64,000 nucleotides of DNA from a virus, in IMG/VR virus record IMGVR_UViG_3300027839_000006, positions 1 to 64,000 of that record, one strand, 5' to 3'. Under the pieces are notes generated by a model that searched no databases, had not been told where the DNA came from, and worked only from the letters and a program-made list of their open reading frames with translations. The position numbers and the translations under genes were made by a program. The first letter of the stretch is position 1. Each line of letters opens with the position of its first letter. This document shows positions 37,501 through 45,826 of the stretch, in pieces.

Positions 37501-38975
37501 ACGGGGCAGGTGGTCTGATCGACAACGGTCTCTACTACCGCCGAGAGTCAAACGCCGCTCCGATGCCAGTCGTCACAGGTAGCGGGAATCCCGGCGAGGT
37601 AGCCCTTTGGGGGGCCGATGCAACGCTTGAGGGCGATGCAGCACTGACTTGGGACTCTGTGACGGGCCTCTCGTTCGACATGGACTCCGCTTCGATGATT
37701 CGTGTCATCGACAACGGTGTACTCGGGACCAACGCAGACCCACAGGTGCAGTTGCTCGACAAGGAGAATGGGGCTGGGAATGATCCAGTTCTCCAGGCTG
37801 CTTGGGGTTTTCTCAACCCGGCTAACACCCACGTCTCACTGAAGAACTTTCACGACCCGGGCAACATCGATCTTGTCACGACCAACGGCGACATCATCAT
37901 CCCGAATGGGAATGTCCACGTTGAGGCTGGGAAGATTGGTATTGGAGTTGCGCCCGTAGCTCACTTGAGTATCGAGGATGCAGCCAGCGACCCCGTGATC
38001 TCCCTCAAGCGTGCCACCTCTCACTGGAACCTCATCGCTCATCATGCAGATGACTACTTCGCAATCAACGAAGAGGGTGAAGGTTCGCCCTTCGTCGTTA
38101 TCCCTGGTGGAAATGTAGGCATCGGTACAACCGCTCCCACGGAGAACCTTCAGATCGGAGGCGGCGGTGAAAGTAAAGACGGTGATCTAATGCTGTTCTC
38201 CGATGCGGGGGATTCACATTCCCTGTTCATCATGGACGCCCTCGGGCTGCACGACGACCAAGCTGGCATCTACTGGCGACATGGCGGCTCGAACAAGTGG
38301 AGCATCACTACCAGGGCCGATGGAGACTTGGACATTTATGACCGTCAAGGTGGCGGCACGTCGATGCTCCACTTCCAACATGCGGCTGACGGTTGTATTG
38401 GCGTTGGTACAGATGCCGCTCTGGTCGAGAAGCTGGAAGTCGCTGGTGCCGTCAAGATCGGTGCTTCGGCAGATGCAGACGCCGCAGTGGGTACACTCCG
38501 CTACGACGGTAATGACTTCCAGGGGCGCACGGGTGCCGGTTGGGAGAGCCTGACAGGTGGTGCGGTCTTGAGTGTCCACACGGACATTCAAGCGGACATT
38601 ACCCTGACGGCAGCCGAGTATATCAATGCAGTCTACGTCGGAGTCAATGCAGCCCAGGCTGATCCTGCTAACAACACTGACATCAACGTGGAGTTGCCGA
38701 ATACAGAGGCTACTGGAGCTTTGATCGGTCGAAGGATTCACATCAAAGACGAGACCGCTGGTGGTGCTCCGAGCTTGACGTGGAATGACGATGGTGATGA
38801 TCCACCAGTAACTCCCGAGGTTCCAGTCAAGATAACGGTGTCCACTGCTGGTGGGGGCGGCCAGATCGATACCTCTACGGATGCCGTGGAGATGACGGAG
38901 GATAACCAGTCCTTGCTGGTGATTTGTGTAGATAACAATGGTGGTGCTGGCCCAGCCAAGTGGTTCATCATCTGA
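34515..38975 (+). CDS. Tail fibre / tailspike-like protein: PKD/Ig N-terminus, pectin-lyase-like beta-helix, fibre repeats, 1486 aa
   Basis: RBS GGAGAGG. FSWSLV...FTVDHEGAYLVRLVV (PKD-like). LYVDA...FSSINAAI...VLIYPGLYIEDV...VHLIG (beta-helix cap). AESVQDAVDDL linker. KIGIG/GNVGIGTTAP/CIGVG repeats. C-terminal VELP...GRRIHIKD...GQID...KWFII fibre-end domain. Confidence 0.8.
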   Translation: MSASILTTIERDGLMLVATYTDVSAEVARKGDVIHCEAKDPGPHTTFSWSLVFTPDSPNGSESAAGLETPPGVSGTVCQFTVDHEGAYLVRLVVDAGLPSEQTRFVRIRYQTLFGDVRLVAAGERRDAVGVIPYDLTTEGWANQQNQNLQKLLAYVRRVSTSGRVLYVDANRGRHTWEAGQGINDEQNTVHLPGSDPAALEVSGITTGAEGFADFSSINAAIAYAHCCAERDEAALTPEHPYYVLIYPGLYIEDVVFEENVHLIGLHAPEKYVRGVVVQTAATSTSHIYSGDSDTDLVICKNIVFENLRPESTKPVVDVRRGMMQMEGCSIRQTVGTGPSALRVVTTDIAHMASADLDNCSVTNGISNEAMCAIMAGSDNGSLSLKDCYVQGPSGIRLNGDFGNGIYEDYTANLVRSKILSSHADGTTISSSADALHIVHSKVQGNDPDKRLVVGGGGKAGDLRLYLNHSDLGAADIQFNTTNVTGTSKIYLESSTYGGFTFPAAAPEVVSETQGKSVKHLSVYADPFNNGTVAVPAPHQLGAESVQDAVDDLTVLATPLSSSTDGSNVFMGLDGAYDAFTSVDPPLKGSGHGRRIVADAGPVQIIQAAAPDLPGVTVGAGAGNKNGHLQVEGSVEVGGIDTPEIILEPNPFLAGPHILMGDTIWPSDIVACGETITNHRSLPAAIVQARSTSVAHNYNMRLQTQSTSNASNGSIGWLILRAGDSLDKATIGPHAGGVYLQAGSYLNDLASVGNDCSPGTIFLAPGYATADAVLTGEEQYGWVRLVDLSGASFATLTAQGAPGAFGAGGSITDAAGKIVIATAMGHVKASITVGMDIAAVIAAFNDPDEGGGLLVASDDGAGKLVLTSTDRGPLAEILYVFDEPTDGGAANAVCQTVGNLRVSSGSGAAPHAVYSAGSYDSFVNIHAPEHNKIEIGAGGLVGSMTYDADTGKLTVPGAIDPTCVIFAEADHTAADGDGTVGGVTTIAGQGAIFVSNGAGGLIDNGLYYRRESNAAPMPVVTGSGNPGEVALWGADATLEGDAALTWDSVTGLSFDMDSASMIRVIDNGVLGTNADPQVQLLDKENGAGNDPVLQAAWGFLNPANTHVSLKNFHDPGNIDLVTTNGDIIIPNGNVHVEAGKIGIGVAPVAHLSIEDAASDPVISLKRATSHWNLIAHHADDYFAINEEGEGSPFVVIPGGNVGIGTTAPTENLQIGGGGESKDGDLMLFSDAGDSHSLFIMDALGLHDDQAGIYWRHGGSNKWSITTRADGDLDIYDRQGGGTSMLHFQHAADGCIGVGTDAALVEKLEVAGAVKIGASADADAAVGTLRYDGNDFQGRTGAGWESLTGGAVLSVHTDIQADITLTAAEYINAVYVGVNAAQADPANNTDINVELPNTEATGALIGRRIHIKDETAGGAPSLTWNDDGDDPPVTPEVPVKITVSTAGGGGQIDTSTDAVEMTEDNQSLLVICVDNNGGAGPAKWFII

Positions 38976-38994
38976 TTGAGCTTACGGGGCTGGA

Positions 38995-41900
38995 ATGACG
39001 GACCCAAATGATTGTCTTGAACTATCGCCCTTTGGGCCATTCTCTACGGATGACGTGGTGGTCCCACCCGCTCATCCTGAAGGGGCTGGCTATGGGGGTT
39101 CGAGCTATGGTCTCAAGGACTATGGAGACGGCACCCTTGGCGGTGTCCCCAAGGTCTTTGGCGGGGGCTACGGTAGAGAGGGTGTAGGGTTCGCTCCGTA
39201 TGGCGGTGGCGTTTTTCCAGCGACCCCTTTCGCTATCAGCGGCGGGTACGGTGGAGATCCTTACGGCTTCATGGGCTTCGGCTCAAAGGAGTTGGGAGAC
39301 CCAAGAGTATCGTCTGCTATTTCGATCAGTGGAACACAGGTCGAGGTCTTCTTCACGGAACCAATGGACCCACGGAATCCGGCCCTGTCCGATCCGGCGT
39401 CCTATGATCTAATCGCTTTAGTTGGGGCGGAGACAGCCATCTTGTCCGTCTCTGTTGGGAATGTCAGTTCCGTAGATGCTGGTGCTGACATCCCAATCCC
39501 CGAGTATACGGAACCAGCTTCCCTACCCCCCGTTGGTTCCGTGGGACCGAGCGGAGGATACGGAGGTACTTTCGACCCTCCGCCCGGTTCTGACTCTGGG
39601 GGTGGTGCTTTCGGCGTCCCCGGCTACGGGTCGGCTGACTTCGTTGCAGTTCCTTGGACCGCCTACGCTGAAGATGCAGACGAAGAACGAATCACGTCAG
39701 ACGGCGTGACTTCCATCATCCTCACACATCTCGGTACGACCCTTGGCGGCACCTACAAGGTCAAGGTAGTCGTTGGGATCACGGATATTGCGGGGAACGA
39801 GGTAGTCATTCCCACGGACATCGGAGAGGGCGCTAACCTCGACGTGATCCAGTCGAACGAAGCAGTGTTCTTCGCTCGGGGAGATGCTCCTACATACACC
39901 GTGACTCCGGTTGCTGGTGACAGACTGCTTCTCAACTTCAGCAGCGACATGCTGAAGGCAGAAGAGTTCTCCCCTGGAACCAAGTTCTTACCCTCTTATG
40001 CGTTCGCTCCGGTCGATCCATACCCGGTTGATCTGACCGTCCTCCTTGCAGAGCACCCTCACAACTACGAGTCGGACAAGGTTCTGCTCTCGGTGAAGGG
40101 GATGACGAGCATCGAGTACGGCAGCACTCTTTCACCGGCCTCGGCGATCAGCTACGACGGGAGCTACCTCCCGAATGAATCTTCAGACTTTTCGGGATCT
40201 GAAGTAGGCACTGGATCATCCTACGCTTCGACTGTCCTCTCGATGACTAAAGAGGTCGGCGATACCTACGGCTGGCAGTTCCTCGACCTCTCGGGTCGGA
40301 TCATTCCGATCACGTCCACGTACCGCACGGACATCACGTTCGATGCTGGCAACGCCGCTGTAATGCCCATCATGGGCGAGAACGACACGCTTGCCCAGTT
40401 GGTGATTGCAGACGGAGAGACCAAACTTTCCATTTCTTTGTCCAAACTTTCGGGACAAGATGTTTTGTCCATTGGGGAGTATGCAGACCTTCCAGCAGTG
40501 TGGTCTGAAGGCGTCCACACAATCACTGTAATCCGCAATCAGAAGGCTGGTATCTACGCTTTCTTGTTCGATGGGACTCCCATCGGAGCTATCGGTACGG
40601 CCTTCATTGAAGAGCCTGCGGATTTCGCTGGCGTCTCCTTGGATCTTTCAGCAACTTACAAAGTTTCTAACTTTCGTCTTCATTCGGTGGGGTTCGGGGC
40701 GACCGGGACGCTGTATTCCTCATTGTGGAACTTTATGCACGATGTCGAGGCGCTCTTCACGGGGTCCGACTTACTCACCAAGGATCATCTGCTGACCCAG
40801 AGAGGTCCGTTGGTCAAAGGGTGGGGGGACGCTACCCCCGCTACCAAGCAGGATGTTGAGGTCAGGGTAAACGACACCCCCGTCGAGATAGCGGGGGTCA
40901 ACCCATACACAGGAAGAATCTCAACGGTCATTCCAATCCCGAAGATGCCTGTTGGGGACATGGCTATCTCTGTTGACTACAAGTGGTTCGCTACACCTGT
41001 GATGGAGATGCGTGGCCTAAACTGGGAAGGTCTGACCCTCAACAAGTGGGATCTTTCCAGCGCCCACCATGATCCCCCGGCACACGGGGAACAGATCCAA
41101 GACGAGACACACCCGAAGGGCGCTCCCGACACAGCACGGTTTCCGATGGGGACAACTCTCGGTCCTCTTGACCGTAGGACACCCCTTCATATCGGGCATC
41201 GGTATCTGGGGTTCGAGCGGGCGTACACAGCCAGCTTGAACAGCCCTGTCACGTTGCTGTTGAACCAGAACCCAAACTCGGTTGCGGTAAACAAGTTCGA
41301 GGACACTCCGGTTCCGATTACGGCCTACTACGAGGGGCTGAACAAGCCGACTGATGTGTACTACTTGGAGGACGGGACTCTCTATGACGGCCCGAGGCAC
41401 GTCATGGCGAACGGCACGATGTATACGGGCGCTTCGCATACGCCGTTTTCCGAGCCGTTGGGCTCTTGGAACCTCTTTGGGCAAGACGACGGCGGTGTCG
41501 ATGCGGGTCAAGGCACCTATACACTGACAGATGAGGGTAACGGAGAGCCTGGAGTGGCTTTCTATCACCGCCTCGTCGAGTTGACGCATCCCACGACGGT
41601 ACGACTGGTGGCCCGGTTCAAGACCGTGGGGTCAGAGCCTCACGGGGTCTTTACCGGGATGTGCTTTGGAACCCACAACAACCGCAACCTGTACTTGGTT
41701 GGTGCGCTTGAGGTGCCGTCCCACAACGAAGATGACGACCCGGTTCAACATATCGGACTGCTCCAAGACGGGGCGAACCCCCATCTCATAGAGTCTTGGA
41801 TTATCGGTCCTCAAGTCCCCATTGAGATCCTCAACCAGACAACAGCCAAGGCCATCACGTCGGACCTCCCCCATGATCTGGAAGAGGGGGCGAGGTTTCA

Positions 41901-44900
41901 GATCTTCGATGGCTCCCAGGAAGGCACCTATCTGATTGAGGCTCTGGTCCACCAGACAGACGGCACCTCTACGATCACTGTTGAAGGAGAGTTTCCTGCT
42001 GAAGCTGGCCTCTGGGACAACACTTACTTCACGGTTGTCTTGGAATCTAAACATTCAGAGACGCTCTCCTACGTTCTGACGGTCGATCCAATAGAGAAGA
42101 AGGCCAAGCTATACGTGTCTGGGGAACTTTCGGGGATGTTCCTTGATCTGACGGACCCCCCTTCCTTCACAGAGCCCGCCTTGGTCCCCTTGCTCTTGAA
42201 CACCCAGAAGGAAGGGCAGGTCTTCTGGGGCTCCGTAGATCGTCAGGCAACCAACTCTTCCGTGTGGTCTTTCTTCAGGTATTCCGTCAGCCCCGACTAC
42301 GAGATCGTTCATTCGCAGGGGCTTTCGGTGTTCACAGAGATGAACGCTCTACCCCAGGACAACCCAAACGACGTTGAGTGGTTTCGGGAACAGATCTTCG
42401 GGTATTCGGAGATCGATGCGACCGCAGATGCACTGTTGCTCAAGAGCACGTCTGCCTCGTCCTCTGCTGATCTGGCATACAGGTACACCCGGTTGGAGCC
42501 TTATTTGGCTCCTGACGCCCAGATCGATGTCGATGCCAAGTTCCGTGTCGATAGCGGCATCCTTGGTGCGGGAGACGCCCAAGTAGAGGTCCGAGACACC
42601 CGCAAAAGGGTTCTCTTGAGTGCCCTTTGTTACATGGAAGCTGAAGGGTTGAGGTTGAGGCGGTTGGTTTCCATGCCCTCGTCTTCGTTGTCCTGTCTGT
42701 ATCTTCCCCAGGACGACCCCAACGGGGCCTGGGAAAAGTTAGGGGCTCTCGGGCACAAGATTGAAGGCCAGACCCTTGTGACTACCCATAGTGGGGAAGT
42801 CGGGGGTCAACTGGTTGGTTGGGAGACCTCTCTTGATCTTTCATCTATGTCTTTTGAGGACACTGGCAGCCGGATAGCAGAAGCCCGGTTCGCCGTGAAG
42901 TCCTTTGAGGTAGACGACGAGGGAAGGACCGGCATCACCTTCCAAGTGTGGGCTGGCGGGGTGTTATCCCCCAGAGCGGTACTTGTGACTCTTCGATACG
43001 TCGGAGAGGAACCGGCAGTCACAATCAATCAGACCTCTGGAGCCCCTATTGGGGAGTTTCTGTTCGATTGGACAGATGGGGAGTTCCATACCTATCGAGT
43101 TCTAATCGATGCTGTGGGAGACACGGTGGTCCTCGTCTTGGATGATGCCATTAGTGTTCCCCTGGAGTTCACGGCGCTCCCTTCGGTAGCGAGCAACACC
43201 AAGCTCATCTTTGGGCATCACGGCGGCACTGCGGAAGTTCATTGGGATTCGGTGTCTGTCCATGTTCAGCCTCCCCCAGATGCCAAGCGCACCTTGGGAG
43301 TCTGGAGAGGTCGTGATCCAGACAACATCAACAACTGGGAACTGCCCCGTATCGATTCTTCCACGGCCCCTAACTCTTCCCCTACCGGGCCGGTTATCGA
43401 GGAAATGGATTGGCGCAACTCGTTGGACATTCGTATCCATAGAGACCCCGAATGGGGCGTGACAATCCTTCGCACAGATCTACCACCGCCTCCGTACTTT
43501 GATGGGGAGTGGGCAACGGACATCACGTCTCCCAGTGCCGGTTGGATCAATGTCGAATACAGGAACCTGCCGGATATCGGCTATGAGGAAACCTTCGGTG
43601 TAGTCACGTTTGGCGCACTCGATCCCCGGTCTGTTAGCCAGCAACGATGGGAGTCGCTGCGTTACCGCATCTACAACCATCCGACTGATGATCTGCGTTC
43701 CCCCGAGCACATGATCCTCAATCAATCCAACATCATCACGTCTGGGGAGACGACAGAGGACATTTATCCCGAGAAAGTCGTCTTGGAGACGCTCGATTCT
43801 TCACGGGTTTCGTTGAAGGCTGCTCACATCTACGCTTCACGGATCTTCAAGGTGTTGGAGGGGGATACCATCATCCCTTCAGACAACTGGGACTTCGATA
43901 TTTCCAGTCAGTTGATCACATTGACGGCCACAACCTTCTCCGATGAACACGTTACGGCCACTATTATCTTCACGTCGGACCATGACGTTCCGACAACCGA
44001 GACCTATCTCAAGAGCCAGCCCCTCCACGACAGCATCACTCTCTTGAACGAAGGCACCCCGGCCTTCGCCCGTAACCAGACGGCGGACGCCATTAGAGGC
44101 ATCACGACCGGGGCTCAAATCAGCTACTTCTATGATGTCTTGAACAGTGACCAAGACTTCGTGTTGAACGACCCCTTCAAGGCGGTCACGTTCGCTGACG
44201 ATCCAGAGTCCCTCTATGACTCGATGAAGTTCTTTGAGATCTCCAACGACGGAGATATTGGACTCCTGACCACCCTTTGTGATGATAGGTCTCCAGCCCA
44301 CGGCTTCCGAGAGATCGCTCTGGAAGGCTCCCTGTTCCAACAGCAACATTCCGGTATCCCCAAGCCCGACTATGAGCAGTACGGAGGGATGCCCGGGACG
44401 ATCCTATTCGCAAGCGGTGGGAACCAGACTCTCGGTGGGAACTTGGCGGGCGGCGAGTCTGTTCGCCAAGGCACAACAATGACATGGCCTGTGGCTCATG
44501 GGGGCATAGACCAGAAGACGACTTGGAACATTACGTTGGATCAAGTTATCTTGGACGCTACGGACCTGGAGAGCCCAGACAACTATCACCGGCATCTGCA
44601 TGAGCAGATACTCTTCCTCGGCTCCCAATCAGACAATGTAGCCCCTACGGGACATGCCCTCGTTACTCGGTTCCCAGACGGGATTCCTGACGCTCCAGAC
44701 GGGTTTTTGGGTATCCACAATCACGGTGCTTGCTTGGCGACGATGGAGCAAGCCGCCGCTCATTCTCGGCTGGGACCGTGGGGCGGGTTGTCTTCATTGG
44801 TGCCTACGCCCATCCCTGGAAGGCGTGGAGAGCTTTTGGAGCAGCAGATTGAGGTTGGCTCGGAAGAATATGGGGAGGTGTTCCGTACCGGATCTTTGCT

Positions 44901-45114
44901 ATATGGGGGGAATCCTTTGCAACCGGACGGCATTCCGGCGTTGGGCAACGGTATGGTCTTGCAAGGGGGGGCGATGTTGCCTGACGGTTCCGCACACACT
45001 TTTGTCCTTCAATCTCCAGACGCCACTCCAACTTATGGTGGATACGGCGGCGATCCCTACGGCGGCGAGACCGAAGGTGGGGTTGGTGGGGGATCTGGAT
45101 CGATTGACTATTGA
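38995..45114 (+). CDS. Large virion structural protein with Ig-like and lectin-like beta-sandwich domains and GYG-rich termini, 2039 aa
   Basis: PRVSSAISISGTQVEVFFTEPMD (Ig/SbsA-like). WSEGVHTITVIR...FLFDG and WTDGEFHTYRVLI...LVLDD (ConA/LamG-like). GGYGGDPYG occurs at both ends. Confidence 0.8.
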   Translation: MTDPNDCLELSPFGPFSTDDVVVPPAHPEGAGYGGSSYGLKDYGDGTLGGVPKVFGGGYGREGVGFAPYGGGVFPATPFAISGGYGGDPYGFMGFGSKELGDPRVSSAISISGTQVEVFFTEPMDPRNPALSDPASYDLIALVGAETAILSVSVGNVSSVDAGADIPIPEYTEPASLPPVGSVGPSGGYGGTFDPPPGSDSGGGAFGVPGYGSADFVAVPWTAYAEDADEERITSDGVTSIILTHLGTTLGGTYKVKVVVGITDIAGNEVVIPTDIGEGANLDVIQSNEAVFFARGDAPTYTVTPVAGDRLLLNFSSDMLKAEEFSPGTKFLPSYAFAPVDPYPVDLTVLLAEHPHNYESDKVLLSVKGMTSIEYGSTLSPASAISYDGSYLPNESSDFSGSEVGTGSSYASTVLSMTKEVGDTYGWQFLDLSGRIIPITSTYRTDITFDAGNAAVMPIMGENDTLAQLVIADGETKLSISLSKLSGQDVLSIGEYADLPAVWSEGVHTITVIRNQKAGIYAFLFDGTPIGAIGTAFIEEPADFAGVSLDLSATYKVSNFRLHSVGFGATGTLYSSLWNFMHDVEALFTGSDLLTKDHLLTQRGPLVKGWGDATPATKQDVEVRVNDTPVEIAGVNPYTGRISTVIPIPKMPVGDMAISVDYKWFATPVMEMRGLNWEGLTLNKWDLSSAHHDPPAHGEQIQDETHPKGAPDTARFPMGTTLGPLDRRTPLHIGHRYLGFERAYTASLNSPVTLLLNQNPNSVAVNKFEDTPVPITAYYEGLNKPTDVYYLEDGTLYDGPRHVMANGTMYTGASHTPFSEPLGSWNLFGQDDGGVDAGQGTYTLTDEGNGEPGVAFYHRLVELTHPTTVRLVARFKTVGSEPHGVFTGMCFGTHNNRNLYLVGALEVPSHNEDDDPVQHIGLLQDGANPHLIESWIIGPQVPIEILNQTTAKAITSDLPHDLEEGARFQIFDGSQEGTYLIEALVHQTDGTSTITVEGEFPAEAGLWDNTYFTVVLESKHSETLSYVLTVDPIEKKAKLYVSGELSGMFLDLTDPPSFTEPALVPLLLNTQKEGQVFWGSVDRQATNSSVWSFFRYSVSPDYEIVHSQGLSVFTEMNALPQDNPNDVEWFREQIFGYSEIDATADALLLKSTSASSSADLAYRYTRLEPYLAPDAQIDVDAKFRVDSGILGAGDAQVEVRDTRKRVLLSALCYMEAEGLRLRRLVSMPSSSLSCLYLPQDDPNGAWEKLGALGHKIEGQTLVTTHSGEVGGQLVGWETSLDLSSMSFEDTGSRIAEARFAVKSFEVDDEGRTGITFQVWAGGVLSPRAVLVTLRYVGEEPAVTINQTSGAPIGEFLFDWTDGEFHTYRVLIDAVGDTVVLVLDDAISVPLEFTALPSVASNTKLIFGHHGGTAEVHWDSVSVHVQPPPDAKRTLGVWRGRDPDNINNWELPRIDSSTAPNSSPTGPVIEEMDWRNSLDIRIHRDPEWGVTILRTDLPPPPYFDGEWATDITSPSAGWINVEYRNLPDIGYEETFGVVTFGALDPRSVSQQRWESLRYRIYNHPTDDLRSPEHMILNQSNIITSGETTEDIYPEKVVLETLDSSRVSLKAAHIYASRIFKVLEGDTIIPSDNWDFDISSQLITLTATTFSDEHVTATIIFTSDHDVPTTETYLKSQPLHDSITLLNEGTPAFARNQTADAIRGITTGAQISYFYDVLNSDQDFVLNDPFKAVTFADDPESLYDSMKFFEISNDGDIGLLTTLCDDRSPAHGFREIALEGSLFQQQHSGIPKPDYEQYGGMPGTILFASGGNQTLGGNLAGGESVRQGTTMTWPVAHGGIDQKTTWNITLDQVILDATDLESPDNYHRHLHEQILFLGSQSDNVAPTGHALVTRFPDGIPDAPDGFLGIHNHGACLATMEQAAAHSRLGPWGGLSSLVPTPIPGRRGELLEQQIEVGSEEYGEVFRTGSLLYGGNPLQPDGIPALGNGMVLQGGAMLPDGSAHTFVLQSPDATPTYGGYGGDPYGGETEGGVGGGSGSIDY

Positions 45115-45126
45115 TCTTGTCTGCTG

Positions 45127-45158
45127 CGGTAGTCGGTCTATCGACACCCAGAAGTAGA
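45127..45158 (+). promoter_or_regulatory. Intergenic motif copy 3 (putative late promoter)
   Basis: CGGT-AGTC-GGT-CTATC-N11-GTAGA, followed by GGAG and ATG at 45179. Confidence 0.55.
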
Positions 45159-45178
45159 GATCGATATGGAGTAGATGA

Positions 45179-45814
45179 ATGGCCCAGTATAGAGAACGAT
45201 TGCGGAGAACCCGGTCAGCCTTCAAGGTTGGTCTGGGACTAAAGCTCGCAGATTATCTGGACGCCCCGCACGGTAGGTTCATTTTCCACATGGAAGATGC
45301 TCGCACGGGTGGGGTGCTAACCCATTGGGAACGAGACAATGTGATCACCCGAGATGCGGGTGTTCAAGCGGCTCGTTTGTTCCGTAATAGTGTGGAACCC
45401 AACCACGGATGCAACATGCTGTCGGTGGGTACGGGAGCCACGGGTAACCTTCTCTCTCCTGATGCCCCAAGCGCAGAGCAACGGCGACTCAACAACGAGA
45501 TTTCACGGAAGTCCTTTGCTTCCACGACCTTCCGCAATCCAGATGGTGTGGCAGTGTCTTATCCCACCAATGTTGTGGATTTTACGACGACATTCGGAGA
45601 GGCAGAAGCGGTAGGGCCTCTGAACGAAATGGGCCTTGTGTCCACTGTTTCAGCTAACCCGACCGTGTTGAACCCCAATCCGAACGCTTATCCCACGTAT
45701 GACGCTACGTTGGATGTTACAGAATATGATGTGCTCTTGAACTACTTGACCTTCAGTGTAGTCACCAAACCGAGCACAGCCATTCTGACGATCACTTGGC
45801 GTCTAACCTTTTGA
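45179..45814 (+). CDS. Tail-fibre attachment / collar-type baseplate protein, 211 aa
   Basis: NVITRDAG...LSVGTG...LNNEISRK...FTTTFGEAEAVGPLNEMGL...VTKPSTAILTITWRLTF resembles the fibre N-terminal adaptor fold that is often a standalone gene in large myophages. Confidence 0.65.
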   Translation: MAQYRERLRRTRSAFKVGLGLKLADYLDAPHGRFIFHMEDARTGGVLTHWERDNVITRDAGVQAARLFRNSVEPNHGCNMLSVGTGATGNLLSPDAPSAEQRRLNNEISRKSFASTTFRNPDGVAVSYPTNVVDFTTTFGEAEAVGPLNEMGLVSTVSANPTVLNPNPNAYPTYDATLDVTEYDVLLNYLTFSVVTKPSTAILTITWRLTF

Positions 45815-45826
45815 TGAGGTCGAGGA

